In this document: positions 9,202 to 19,297 of the stretch, piece after piece | Position numbering within the stretch: the first letter of the stretch is position 1 | How the letters are laid out: each line of letters opens with the position of its first letter | DNA from: Candidatus Latescibacterota bacterium | Lineage (GTDB): Bacteria > Latescibacterota > UBA2968 > UBA8231 | Direction: 5' to 3' | Assembly: GCA_963422735.1 (NCBI GenBank) | Contig: OY730476.1 | Span: 352,001 to 416,000 of the forward strand | Length of the DNA stretch: 64,000 bases | Notes under the pieces: model-generated | Seen by the model: only the letters and a program-made list of their open reading frames with translations | Database searches by the model: none | Told to the model about the DNA's origin: nothing | Program-made: the position numbers and the translations under genes

Positions 9202-11343
9202 ATGATGTTGCTATTGACCGTTGTTGCAGGCGTCGTGCTATTGGGCAGTTCCGCCGTGGCGATCAAGTGGGATTTCGACGACGGGACAACGCAAGGGTGG
9301 TCCGCCAAGGAAGCTCTTACATGGGGGGGTACGCGTGAATTGTATCTGTTGCCGGGGGTGGTCGAAGACGGTGTGTGGAGAATCACGGTCGATCCCTATG
9401 TCACCAAAAGCCATTATAGTTCGGCGAGTATTTTCGTGAGTTCTTCTGCCGAATTGATTTCTCCTACTATAGGGTACGATTCGGATCTGTTCGACCATGT
9501 CCGCATCCGGTTCCGCACCGTCCATGACCTCCCTACGGTCGGTAGTTTTTCGATCTCTTGGACCAACGAGCACAACGCTAGGTTGGATATAGAAGATTTT
9601 TCTGAGGACCAGTTTGTCCTCCCCCTCCAATCCATAGTCTATACCACCGAGTGGCAGGAAGTGGTGATCGCCTTGGGGCATCAAGACGAGACGATATGGG
9701 AAGGTCTGTTAAAAGATATTCAGCTAAGTTTTGTACTGGATAGAGCGGACGCCCCTCTGTTGGGCGAGCTAGTCAAGTGGTTTGAGATCGACTGGATCGA
9801 GTTGACCGGTGTGGAAGAGCAATTACAGGGGGAATTAGCCCCTCCTTACGTGGACTATTTTCGCTGGGATGAGGCTGGCGTTTTTGCCCCGCCGGTGTTC
9901 TATCCGATTGCGTCGGGCATAGGAAAAGGTCAACTAGGACAGGCCGGCAGCGTGTTGACGGACTTGGATGGCGATGGCGACACAGACCTGTTGGCTGTCT
10001 GGCGGTACCATCAGAGGAGGTCTCCTACGACGGGCTGGCTGATGGCTGTCAATGACGGGCAAGGGGCCTTGGAACTGAGGCGCATAGAGGAGGTAGTTTC
10101 CACAGGGCAGCCTAGTACCGATGCAGCATCTGGCATCACAACCATCTCATTGGTGAGCGCAGAGGTGCTAGGTGCTGATTTGACGGGCGATGGGCAAGAC
10201 GAAATCGCGATATCTATAAGCAATAATAATAGTCTCGTAACAGAGGTTTGGTCTATCGATCCGGAACTCCAAGTCGAGGTGCTGGTGCAGATTAAAGATA
10301 GATGGCTCAGGAATGTGGCGGATTGGGATGGTGATGGCCGGGTCGAATTATTTGTAGGGAAGACTACGTTTGAGGGAAGCATTTTAGAGGTCTGGGATGT
10401 AGCACAGGGCGTGTGGACCGCCGAGGAGGTAGGTGTGGCCGAAAGGCATTCGCCCGACACCATCGGCGACTTTACCGGCGATGGCGCACTCGACGTGTTG
10501 TGGCTCCCGATCGCTGATCTGGTGAACACGTGGATTATGAGTCCCTTGGGCGAGGATCTGCAAAGAGGCGAGGTATTTGAATTCGATGAGTGGAAGCAGT
10601 TATTGGGGGTGGGCGATTTTGATGGCAATGGTCAGGTGGATTTTCTCACGGAGTTCTTCTTTGATGGAATGGAAGGCAGCAAGGGGCTGGCCTTGCAGCA
10701 AAAGAGCACCGGGGATCGCGTAGAAGCGGCGGTGCTGTATGATGAGCGACTGTTTCGCGGTTCGCCAGTGGAGATACGCGACCTCAACGCCGATGGGGTA
10801 GAAGACTGGGTGTTTATCGGTGGAGACCGCGCCTCGGGCTTTGGGGTGTTTGTCGAATGGGGCGGCAGTGTCCGTCCTACCCAAGCCGGGGAGCGGCATC
10901 GGCTGGAGGGCAGGGCGACCACCGTGCTGTCGGGGGATATGGATGGGGACGGCGATGTGGACTTGGTGGTGTTGGATCCGATCTTGGGTGGGGTGCATGT
11001 GCTCAAGAGTTCGTTGGGCGAGCAGGCGACCGCGGTACTGACGACCGCAGCCGTGCGGCCGGCGCAGTATCGGCTGGGCGACAGCTATCCGAATCCATTC
11101 AATCCCCAAGTGGTGATTCCCCTCGATTTGGCGACAGACGCGGCGGGGGTGTCGCTGCGGGTGTACGATGTGTTGGGTCAGCAGGTGCGGCAGTTATGGG
11201 ACGGGCCGCTGGCGGCGGGTAGCCATCGGTTTGTGTGGAATGGCCGCGACGAGGAGGGTAAGGAAGTGGCCGCTGGCGTGTATATCTATAAGGTTGAGAT
11301 GGATGGACAGATACAAGCGAGGAAGACGACGAGACTGCCGTGA
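9202..11343 (+). CDS. Secreted FG-GAP/VCBS-repeat protein with C-terminal FlgD-Ig (T9SS-like) tail
   Basis: Signal peptide; multiple DLDGDGDxD-type motifs; C-terminal YPNPFNP..VYDVLGQ..WNGRDEEG..GVYIY. Confidence 0.85.
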   Translation: MMLLLTVVAGVVLLGSSAVAIKWDFDDGTTQGWSAKEALTWGGTRELYLLPGVVEDGVWRITVDPYVTKSHYSSASIFVSSSAELISPTIGYDSDLFDHVRIRFRTVHDLPTVGSFSISWTNEHNARLDIEDFSEDQFVLPLQSIVYTTEWQEVVIALGHQDETIWEGLLKDIQLSFVLDRADAPLLGELVKWFEIDWIELTGVEEQLQGELAPPYVDYFRWDEAGVFAPPVFYPIASGIGKGQLGQAGSVLTDLDGDGDTDLLAVWRYHQRRSPTTGWLMAVNDGQGALELRRIEEVVSTGQPSTDAASGITTISLVSAEVLGADLTGDGQDEIAISISNNNSLVTEVWSIDPELQVEVLVQIKDRWLRNVADWDGDGRVELFVGKTTFEGSILEVWDVAQGVWTAEEVGVAERHSPDTIGDFTGDGALDVLWLPIADLVNTWIMSPLGEDLQRGEVFEFDEWKQLLGVGDFDGNGQVDFLTEFFFDGMEGSKGLALQQKSTGDRVEAAVLYDERLFRGSPVEIRDLNADGVEDWVFIGGDRASGFGVFVEWGGSVRPTQAGERHRLEGRATTVLSGDMDGDGDVDLVVLDPILGGVHVLKSSLGEQATAVLTTAAVRPAQYRLGDSYPNPFNPQVVIPLDLATDAAGVSLRVYDVLGQQVRQLWDGPLAAGSHRFVWNGRDEEGKEVAAGVYIYKVEMDGQIQARKTTRLP

Positions 11344-11499
11344 GTTCAGCGAGTGCGGTTGCCCAAGCTTATCAGATCGGGGGCGTGCCGCAGTTTTACG
11401 TGGTGAGCGAGGAGGGGACCATCGCTTCTTTTGCGCGAGGGATGCCTCCGGTGTGGGAAGCCGTGCAAAAGCTATAACCGGGGAGGACCTACTATTGCC

Positions 11500-12933
11500 T
11501 TTCACGAAACGCATCAGGCTATCTCGAGCGGCGAAATGGCAGAGCGTACATTAATGCTCGATCTTCATCCCTTGAGAGGGGCATAAGGCATGAGACGGCC
11601 ATGGAAGGTTCCGCTGCAAAAAGATAGAAGACTGCAAAGTTGCTTGGCGCTGTCGCTGGCCTTGCATCTGCTGGCGATGTTTGGCGTCGCGCACCGCGAG
11701 CGGGTTACTCAATTCCCTGTCCTCCCGCCGATCATGGTGAAGTTTACCAAACGGCCACCGCCGCAGCGCACCCTCACCCGTCGCCAACGGCCCCACCAAC
11801 GGCCCTTGGTGCGCCGCCCGGCCCTGCAAGCGGCCCCGGTCGAGGCCGTGCGGCCGGCTCCCTCGGCGGTGCGCCCGCTGCCGGTGTTCCAGACCTCGGC
11901 TCCCCGGCTGTCGACGGCTTCGCTGCCGGATCGGGTGGTGTTGCCCGTGCCGGATTTTCCGGCTCGGCACATTGGCCCGCACCTGCGGGTTGGGGCGTTG
12001 GAAGGGACGCGGCAGGGCGCGGACGAGATTGACTTGGGCTTGGAGATGATGGATGTGCAGGCGCTGGACACGGGGCGGCACCGGGCGATGGTCGTGGTCG
12101 ATCCCAAAGATCGGCGCAACCTCAAGGGGTTCCTCTATATGTCCGGCCTCTACAGCCCTTCTATTGAACGGGCTGAAGAGAGTGAACAGGCCGAAAACAA
12201 GCAAGTGCGCTGGTATCACCAGATGCCGCGCCAAATGGTGGAACGGCGGATGCTGCAAGGATTGGCCGATAAGATGACTGCCAGTACGCAGGTCCACGTC
12301 GGAGTGCGCGACGCAGTCGCCCTTGACGACCCGCAGCTTTTGCAGGTCCCCTTCGTGCTGCTAACTGTCAATACCCCCTTTGAGTTTACGGACAGCGAGG
12401 CGGCCAATCTAGGGGCGTATTTGACCGGCGGCGGCTTCCTGTTTGTGGATATTGTCCGCATGTTGTGGAACAATTATAGAGACGACGAATTAGACATTCC
12501 CTCGGTGCGTTCCCTCATTCGCGCCAGCTTCCAAGCGGCAGGCTATCAAGAATGGAAGGATTGGCAGTTTAGCCGCCTAGAGCTAACCCATCCGCTCTAT
12601 CATTGCTTCTACGATGTAAACAGCCTGCCGCGCGGGATGCGCGATATGCACTTTATAGTGGGCAAACAAGATACGCCACTAACCCCGGACTACTTGGAGG
12701 GCATAATGGTAGGGGAGCATTTGGCCGGGGCGTATTCGATGCGTGGGTACGCTGATTTCTGGGCGGGTATCGGTTGGGAGAACCTCGATTGGGCTTTGAT
12801 GAATGGCGTAAGCAACAGCGCGTTTCTCGCCAGTGCCGAAGAGCCGTTGGTGTATAGTTTGGGCATCAATATCGTGGTGTACGCGTTGACGCGCGAGGGA
12901 TCACTGGCACGGCAATTGGTCACCGCGGACTAA
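11500..12933 (+). repeat. Duplicated segment, copy 2 (of 3153-4583)
   Basis: Near-identical 5' part including an orphan GT2 3' fragment; the 3' part has diverged. Confidence 0.9.
11590..12933 (+). CDS. DUF4159-domain protein (paralog of 3243-4583)
   Basis: Identical N-terminal ~195 aa and the same DUF4159 motifs. Confidence 0.75.
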   Translation: MRRPWKVPLQKDRRLQSCLALSLALHLLAMFGVAHRERVTQFPVLPPIMVKFTKRPPPQRTLTRRQRPHQRPLVRRPALQAAPVEAVRPAPSAVRPLPVFQTSAPRLSTASLPDRVVLPVPDFPARHIGPHLRVGALEGTRQGADEIDLGLEMMDVQALDTGRHRAMVVVDPKDRRNLKGFLYMSGLYSPSIERAEESEQAENKQVRWYHQMPRQMVERRMLQGLADKMTASTQVHVGVRDAVALDDPQLLQVPFVLLTVNTPFEFTDSEAANLGAYLTGGGFLFVDIVRMLWNNYRDDELDIPSVRSLIRASFQAAGYQEWKDWQFSRLELTHPLYHCFYDVNSLPRGMRDMHFIVGKQDTPLTPDYLEGIMVGEHLAGAYSMRGYADFWAGIGWENLDWALMNGVSNSAFLASAEEPLVYSLGINIVVYALTREGSLARQLVTAD

Positions 12934-12958
12934 TGAATGTTTAAATAAGGATATCATC

Positions 12959-13252
12959 ATGATACGCATTAACACATTGAACTGCTGCGGCCGGACCTTA
13001 ACCATCGAACTAATGGGGTATATCAATAAGACGGAGTTCGACATCCTGCATGATTTCCTAAAATCGCATGTCGAGGAAGGGATAACGGAGGTCTGCATCG
13101 TGGCGAATGAAGTGCGGAGCCTCAATCCATTGCTCGAGCGAGAGGCGATCCGTTTGGGGCAATTGGGCCTGACGTTGCGCTTCCAGCAACTCGCTCGTAC
13201 CATGAAGGGCGTATTAGAAAGCTGGGATTTGGAGGAGTGGATAGATGATTAG
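12959..13252 (+). CDS. Small STAS-like hypothetical protein
   Basis: 97 aa, RBS AAGGA; beta-alpha pattern (LTIELMGYIN..VKGVLE-like end) reminiscent of anti-anti-sigma STAS domains. Confidence 0.4.
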   Translation: MIRINTLNCCGRTLTIELMGYINKTEFDILHDFLKSHVEEGITEVCIVANEVRSLNPLLEREAIRLGQLGLTLRFQQLARTMKGVLESWDLEEWIDD

Positions 13253-14900
13253 AGCGATGGGTCATTGGCTCGGCTTGGCCGTGCTCTGCTGCACTCCGGC
13301 GCTGGCTGGCGAGTGGGTGCAAGAGGGAGCCGACAGTTTCTCGGCCGGCACTTTTTCCGGCACGGAGATCGATCGCTTGGGACAAGTGTCGCTGGCCTCC
13401 TTTCGCGGGGTCAACCTCGCCTTGGATGCGGTGGCGTCCTCTGGGCCAAACACCTTGAGCGGCCGGCGCAGCGTCACCGACGGCGATACCGACACCGAGT
13501 GGCGCTTTGACAATGAGGTCGAAGTGTTGGGCAAGTGGATTCGGATCGATTTGGGCGGCGACCGCGGCGTGCGCCAAGTGCGTCTCTTGCCGGGCAAGAC
13601 GGTGGCCCAACGGCCGCTGTTTTTCGTCAAAGGCTACCGCCTCGAAGTGGCGCAGGAGACCACGCCCGACGATTGGGTGTTGGTGGCGCAACAGGCGGAA
13701 AACACCCGTCCGACGGTCGATACGTCGGTGGATTCAACGTGGATCGAGACCAGCGCGGACGGGGGGCCGCTGCCGGTGTTGGGCCGGTTTGTGCGCCTGC
13801 GCCTGACGCGCGAGGACCCACCCAACTGGGTCTCCATCGGCGAGGTGGAAGTGTTCGGCGAGGGCTTCCGCGCCGAGGGGACGTTTGCGTCGGCTGTGTT
13901 CGACGCCGGGCAGCCGGTCAACGTGGGGCGGGTGTGGTTTGCTGGCCAAACGCCGCCGGGCACGGTCTTGCGGGTGCAGTTTCGCACCTCGGTTGATGGG
14001 CAGGCGTGGCCCGAGTGGCACCGGGTGCCGGCGTGGGACTTGGCAGCAGTCGGCGAGGGCGTGGCCCTGACCGAGCCGGAGCCGGCGCGGTTTGTGCAGT
14101 ATCGGGCGGTCATGGAAACGCGCGATCCACTGCGTGCACCGAGGCTGGCACAGGTGGCGGTCGCCTTTGGGGAACAGCTTTTTGCGCGGGCGGTGGCCGG
14201 GGCCGTTGCGCCGGCGCGGCCGGTGTTGGGCGAGGAGACCGCGTTCACTTATACCCTCGATGTGGAAATCGGCCCGGACGATCTCGGCTTTGACCGAGTG
14301 CATATCGGCCTGCCGGGCGTGGTGCGGCAGGTGCGGTTCGGTGGGGTGGTGCTGCCGGAGGATGCGTATGAGGCCGGGTGGGGCGATGAGGGTATTCGGT
14401 TGGTGTTGGGGGCCGAATACGGTGTGGCCCGGTCGGGGCGGCTCGAAGTGGAATTTGCGTCGGTGCTGTTGCAGCCGACGCTGGCGGTGCGGGCGGCCGT
14501 TGCCTTGGGCGATAGAGCGGATTGGCAGTATGTGCGGCCGGTGGCGGAAGATGCTTGGACTTTGGTGGGCGAGGGGGTGGTCGGCCGCGCCCTGCCGCGC
14601 GCTGGCGTGTCGGTGCGGCCCAATCCCTTCAACGCGGCCTCGGGTGCGGCCCAAATTCAGATCGACTTGGCCAAGGTGCAGCACCCGCAGGCGTTGACAG
14701 TGGCCCTGTACGACTTGGCGGGACGGCGGGTGCGAGTACTGTGGGACGGGTGGGCCGCTGCGGCCGGGCGCAAGCGCTTGGCGTGGGATGGCCGCGACGC
14801 GAGCGGGGGGCTGGTCGCGCTCGGGCATTATCTGCTGCGCGTCGAAATTGATGCCGACCGCGCTGATGTGTGGACGGGGCTGGTCGGGGTGGTGTACTGA
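13245..14900 (+). CDS. Secreted discoidin/F5-8-like protein with C-terminal FlgD-Ig tail
   Basis: Signal peptide; DGDxDTxW..WIRIDLG..GRFVRL..IGEVEVFG; C-terminal PNPFN..LYDLAGRRVR..WDGRD. Confidence 0.7.
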   Translation: MIRAMGHWLGLAVLCCTPALAGEWVQEGADSFSAGTFSGTEIDRLGQVSLASFRGVNLALDAVASSGPNTLSGRRSVTDGDTDTEWRFDNEVEVLGKWIRIDLGGDRGVRQVRLLPGKTVAQRPLFFVKGYRLEVAQETTPDDWVLVAQQAENTRPTVDTSVDSTWIETSADGGPLPVLGRFVRLRLTREDPPNWVSIGEVEVFGEGFRAEGTFASAVFDAGQPVNVGRVWFAGQTPPGTVLRVQFRTSVDGQAWPEWHRVPAWDLAAVGEGVALTEPEPARFVQYRAVMETRDPLRAPRLAQVAVAFGEQLFARAVAGAVAPARPVLGEETAFTYTLDVEIGPDDLGFDRVHIGLPGVVRQVRFGGVVLPEDAYEAGWGDEGIRLVLGAEYGVARSGRLEVEFASVLLQPTLAVRAAVALGDRADWQYVRPVAEDAWTLVGEGVVGRALPRAGVSVRPNPFNAASGAAQIQIDLAKVQHPQALTVALYDLAGRRVRVLWDGWAAAAGRKRLAWDGRDASGGLVALGHYLLRVEIDADRADVWTGLVGVVY

Positions 14901-14961
14901 GTACGGAGGACCTACCCCCTAGCCTCTCAGGGGTAGGTCCTAGCTCCCAAGGAGAAACGAG

Positions 14962-16539
14962 ATGCGTTTTTTCAACACGGCTGGCCCCATCCGGCCCGAC
15001 GACCACTACCACATCCCGCCGTTGGAGCGCTTGGATTTGGACGGGATGTTGACCCTCATCGGGCAAAAAAAGTACTTCGTGCTACACGCGCCACGGCAGA
15101 CGGGCAAGACGTCGGCACTGCTGGTGCTGCGCGACTTGCTCAATGCCCGAGGCGATTACCGCTGCGCGTACGTCAATGTGGAAGGTGGGCAAGCTGGGCG
15201 CGAGAATGTAGAACAGGTGATACGCACCATTTTGGGAGCGCTGGCGTCTCGGGCACGCTTGACACTGGGCGACGAATTTTTGGGCAAGGTCTGGCCGGGC
15301 CTCCTCGCCGAGGTCGGGCCGGGTGTTGCGCTACAGGAGGCGTTGACGCGCTGATCGGAGGCTGATCCTAGGCCCTTGGTCCTGCTGATTGACGAGATTG
15401 ACGCCCTCATCGGCGATTCGCTGCTGTCGGTGCTGCGTCAGTTGCGGGCCGGCTACGACCTGCGGCCGGAGGGCTTTCCGCAGAGCGTGGTGTTGTGCGG
15501 GGTGCGCGATGTGCGCGACTACCGGATTCAATCGACCGCGGAAAACGCGATCATCGCCGGCGGCAGTGCGTTCAACATCAAAGCGCGGTCGCTGCGATTA
15601 AGTGACTTTTCGCGGCAGGAGGTTCTATCGTTGCTGAGGCAGCACACGGAAGAAACAGGCCAAGCGTTTACGGCCGAGGCGCAGGACGCGGTCTGGACGC
15701 AGACGCAAGGGCAGCCGTGGCTGGTCAATGCCTTGGCCTACGAAACCTGCTTTGAGCACGAGGTGGGGTCTGCCCGTTCCCGTCCTATTGACATCGCCGC
15801 CCTCCGCACCGCGCGCGAACAGCTCATTGTGCGGCGCGAGACGCACTTGGATCAGTTGACCAACAAGCTCAAGGAGGAGCGCGTGCGCCGGGTGGTCGAG
15901 CCGCTGTTGAGCGGGGCCAAACAGAGCGCGTTTTCGGCGCGGGATCTGGAATATGTCCGCGATTTGGGCTTGATCCCCCCGGATGATCCGCTGCGCATGG
16001 CCAATCCGATCTACGCGGAAGTGGTGCCGCGCGAACTGACTTATGCGATCCAAGCAGGCCTTGCCGAGGACGCGGCGTGGTATGTGGATGCGGCCGGCGG
16101 GTTGGATGTGGGCAAGCTGCTGGCGTCGTTTCAGCAATTTTTTCGCGAGCACTCGGAGCACTGGGTGGAGCGGTTCCAGTACAAGGAAGCGGGTCCGCAA
16201 CTGCTACTGCAGGCGTTTTTGCAGCGGATTGTCAACAGCGGCGGTCGGATCGAGCGCGAATACGGCTTGGGTCGGATGCGGACGGACTTGCTGCTCGTGT
16301 GGCCGCAGGGCGAGCAGATGCTCAAAGTTGTGATCGAATGCAAAATTCTGCATAAGAGTTTGGAGCAGACGGTTGCCGAGGGGTTGGAACAGACGGCTGA
16401 GTACATGGATCGGTGCGCGGCCGAGGGAGGGCATCTGGTGATATTCGACCGGCGTGAAAACAGGCGTTGGGACGACAAGGTGTTTCACTGTCGCCGGGCG
16501 TCCGACCGGGGCGTCGAGATCGACGTGTGGGGGATATGA
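14962..16539 (+). pseudogene. AAA-like ATPase + PD-(D/E)xK nuclease, interrupted by an in-frame TGA
   Basis: FFNTAGP, Walker A APRQTGKT, Walker B LLIDEID, C-terminal REY..RTDL..IECK. Both ORFs are in one frame, with a single stop at 15352-15354 (likely TGG to TGA). Confidence 0.75.
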
Positions 16540-16666
16540 GACCTAACCCCCGAACCCCTTCCGCATCAGCTAGGGTTTTATCACAATTTTCCCCTCGCAA
16601 AGAGGGCCGGGGGGATGAGTCTTGTGCCGACACGGAAACGACCGGCGGCCGCTGGAGGCGGTGATA

Positions 16667-19297
16667 ATGATTATGCGCACATTCTTCCGAGTCTTCCTCT
16701 GGATCGCCTTGCTGTTGTCGGGGCGTCCGCTAGCGGCCGATCTGCCCGACGCCGCCCCTCCGCGCCACTTTTTGCGCCGCCCGCCCCTGAGCGAATACAC
16801 CAATTACGGCGAGGACCTCTACCGGCCCTATCGCCGCGAGATCCGCTTGGCCCCGCGCTACGACTTCCTCGGCGGCTTCCTCGCCGAGGGCTTCCTCGTC
16901 TATGAGTTAGACGAGCAGCGGCCCGGCGGCAGCCGCATCCGCAAGGACCGGCTCTACCGCTCGCTCAACAACCTGATCATCGCCCACGACAGCTACGGCC
17001 CGTGGCGTTGGTCCTTGACCGTGGGCGACGAGGTGCGCACCGAGTTTACGCCGTTGACGTTGCGGCAGGCCGGCTTTAATGGCTTGCGCTGGGATGTGGT
17101 CTTTCCGGCCAACAAAATTACCTTGCTGACCACGCGCGGCTTTGACTCGTCGCTTTTTCCCACGCTCCACAGCTTTTCCGACCCGGTAGCCCAAGGGCGG
17201 GGAACGCTCGTTGACTATTTGGAGCGAACCGAGGAAAACCCGGTGTACAATATCGCCGGCCACTGGCAGACCCGGGTGGGCGATGTGCTGCGCTTTGGCG
17301 CGACCTTTGTCAACCAACACCAAGCCAATACGGCCCGAGGCAGTGCCGGTGGCTTTTTGCGCGGTAGCATTCCCTATCCGGCCATGCAGCCACCGAGCGA
17401 GATTACCGTGCGCGTGCGCGACGACTCGCCGCAAAGCGACGAGGCCGGGGCCATCGCGTACGACATTGTCCTCGAGTTGGAAGGGGAAGGGCCGGAAGGA
17501 GAGGCCACGATCAGCAGCGACCCGGCCGACGACCGCTTTGCGCCGGTGCTGCAACCGCAAGTGTTGGGTGGGCGGCGAGGCGATGGTTTCCGCGAGGTGC
17601 GCGGCGAGGAGGCGGTGGAATACCTATTTGTCGTACCAGAGGATTTCGCGCCGCACCGGGCGCGGGTGCGGGCGGTGGTGGCCAACGACTACCGCATTGA
17701 GGTGGCGCAACAGCACCCCTTTTTCGACGCGCTGCGCAATCAGTTCACCCCGCGCAATACATCCTTTGAGACGCGGGCGCGGGCGACGGGAGAGGTGCGG
17801 GATTTTTCCAACCGCCGGGCCGTGGAGTTTGAACACGGCTTTTCCACTGGGCAGACGATTTTTGGCTTTGACGTGGAGGCCACGTTGGTCGGCCTGAAGG
17901 TGCGCGCCGAATACCAGCGCAACCTGCTCTACCGCAGTTTCCCGGTGCTGCGCGGCCGGCACGGCAGCCAAAAGGCGGCGGGGTGGTACGTCAACGCGCT
18001 CAAGGACGTCGGGCGCTGGGAGGTGGGCGGCGAACTCTTCCATATAGGGCCGCGCTACGGCGGCGGGTACGATAGCCGGCGCGGCGGGGTGCGGCTCTAC
18101 ACGGACTTGGGTGGGGAAAGCCAAGATCGGCAGGTATTGTCCGAGTTTCCCCTGGTTGATGACAACGACGACAACGACCGCTACGCGGACGACAATTTGC
18201 GCGATTATCCCAACGGCCCGGAGACCGAATCCGGCGTCTTCCCCGGGCTAGACGAGGACAACGACAACATTCCGGACGACGACAAAAACGCCAATGGAGT
18301 GCCCGACTTTGAGGAGCCGTTTTTGCTGTACTACTCCGATCCACAGGAGTTTGTCTATGGCATTGACCTGAACAACAACGGCGTTATTGACGAGCGCGAA
18401 AACGACAACAAGCCAGACTATCCCTACGACCGCGACCGGCGGGGCCTGCACGGCTTTGTCGCCCTGCCGCGCTGGCGCGGCCTGTCGGCCGGGGTGGGTT
18501 ACTATCGCCAGGACGAGATCGCCGGGCCGGGCCGGGCGGTGTCGCGCTACGGGCGGGTGTCCTATCGCTTTGACGTGCCGCGGTGGGGGCAAGTCCAGCT
18601 CGACCACGACAGCAAGCGGGTCGAGGACACGGTGCCGGACTCGGTCTATGTCTTCCGCGCCGGCGAGAACAACAATCCGGACCAGCCGCCCACGCCCGAT
18701 GCCTTGCTGATGGCCGACTCGTGGGTGCATACCTCGTTTGTCGGCACCCGGTTTGCGCGGCTGGACCAGCTCCACATTGAAAACAACGCGCAGTGGATCC
18801 TGAACCGGCAGTTGGCGGCTTCGGCCCGCGTGCAGACCTTCACGGTGGTCAACAAGGCCGACTACACCTACGAGTTGGCCCGCCTGCGCGTCCAAGCTAT
18901 GCTCAAGCATCTGTACAAGCACGTCACCGCGAGTGACCGGCGGCGGGCGGTGGAGTCGTGGAATCAGGTTGCGCCCATCCTGCGCGTGGATTGGCGGCTG
19001 ACCGAGAATACGTTGGTGCAATTTGGCCAGCAGGGGATGGGGGTGCCGTTCACGCGCACGTTGTTGCCCGTGCTCGCCTTCCGCTTTATCGACCGAGTGG
19101 ATCGAGAGCGCGAGCTGCGCTCGGCGAGTTCGGTGCTGATGTTCACGGTGCGGGGCACGTACATCGGCTATACAATGGTCTCCAACACCGGAATCGAGCT
19201 GCGCCACGAGGAATTTGCCGACCCGGCCGTGTCGCGGACGCGCGATGGCGGCGTGTCGCGGTTTTTCATCTCGGTTATCGCAGGGTACGATCGCTAA
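16667..19297 (+). CDS. Large secreted, probably outer-membrane, protein with Asp/Asn-rich Ca-binding repeats
   Basis: Signal peptide MIMRTFFRVFLWIALL after GGAGG; DDNDDND/DEDNDNIPDDDKNANG/DLNNNG repeats; amphipathic beta strands. Confidence 0.6.
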   Translation: MIMRTFFRVFLWIALLLSGRPLAADLPDAAPPRHFLRRPPLSEYTNYGEDLYRPYRREIRLAPRYDFLGGFLAEGFLVYELDEQRPGGSRIRKDRLYRSLNNLIIAHDSYGPWRWSLTVGDEVRTEFTPLTLRQAGFNGLRWDVVFPANKITLLTTRGFDSSLFPTLHSFSDPVAQGRGTLVDYLERTEENPVYNIAGHWQTRVGDVLRFGATFVNQHQANTARGSAGGFLRGSIPYPAMQPPSEITVRVRDDSPQSDEAGAIAYDIVLELEGEGPEGEATISSDPADDRFAPVLQPQVLGGRRGDGFREVRGEEAVEYLFVVPEDFAPHRARVRAVVANDYRIEVAQQHPFFDALRNQFTPRNTSFETRARATGEVRDFSNRRAVEFEHGFSTGQTIFGFDVEATLVGLKVRAEYQRNLLYRSFPVLRGRHGSQKAAGWYVNALKDVGRWEVGGELFHIGPRYGGGYDSRRGGVRLYTDLGGESQDRQVLSEFPLVDDNDDNDRYADDNLRDYPNGPETESGVFPGLDEDNDNIPDDDKNANGVPDFEEPFLLYYSDPQEFVYGIDLNNNGVIDERENDNKPDYPYDRDRRGLHGFVALPRWRGLSAGVGYYRQDEIAGPGRAVSRYGRVSYRFDVPRWGQVQLDHDSKRVEDTVPDSVYVFRAGENNNPDQPPTPDALLMADSWVHTSFVGTRFARLDQLHIENNAQWILNRQLAASARVQTFTVVNKADYTYELARLRVQAMLKHLYKHVTASDRRRAVESWNQVAPILRVDWRLTENTLVQFGQQGMGVPFTRTLLPVLAFRFIDRVDRERELRSASSVLMFTVRGTYIGYTMVSNTGIELRHEEFADPAVSRTRDGGVSRFFISVIAGYDR

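Noticed and set aside
3243-12933. Variable C-termini of the duplicated DUF4159 genes or peptide cores as diversity-generating retroelement targets
   Set aside because: No reverse transcriptase or template repeat in the window, and the differences include indels and non-adenine changes.
13734-14828. Many long antisense or alternate-frame ORFs (e.g. 5109-6083, 13734-14828, 18248-19207)
   Set aside because: Shadow ORFs expected in GC-rich coding DNA, fully overlapping well-supported genes.
15352-15354. In-frame TGA as selenocysteine or an alternative genetic code
   Set aside because: The context fits a Trp codon in a helical segment, and TGA ends many intact genes here (e.g. 4583, 11343, 14900).
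18958-19296. Long N-terminal extensions in the ORF track (18958, 22340, 25093, 33855, 45553, 48967, 63329)
   Set aside because: They overlap upstream genes or regulatory DNA; downstream starts have RBS, signal-peptide or paralog support.
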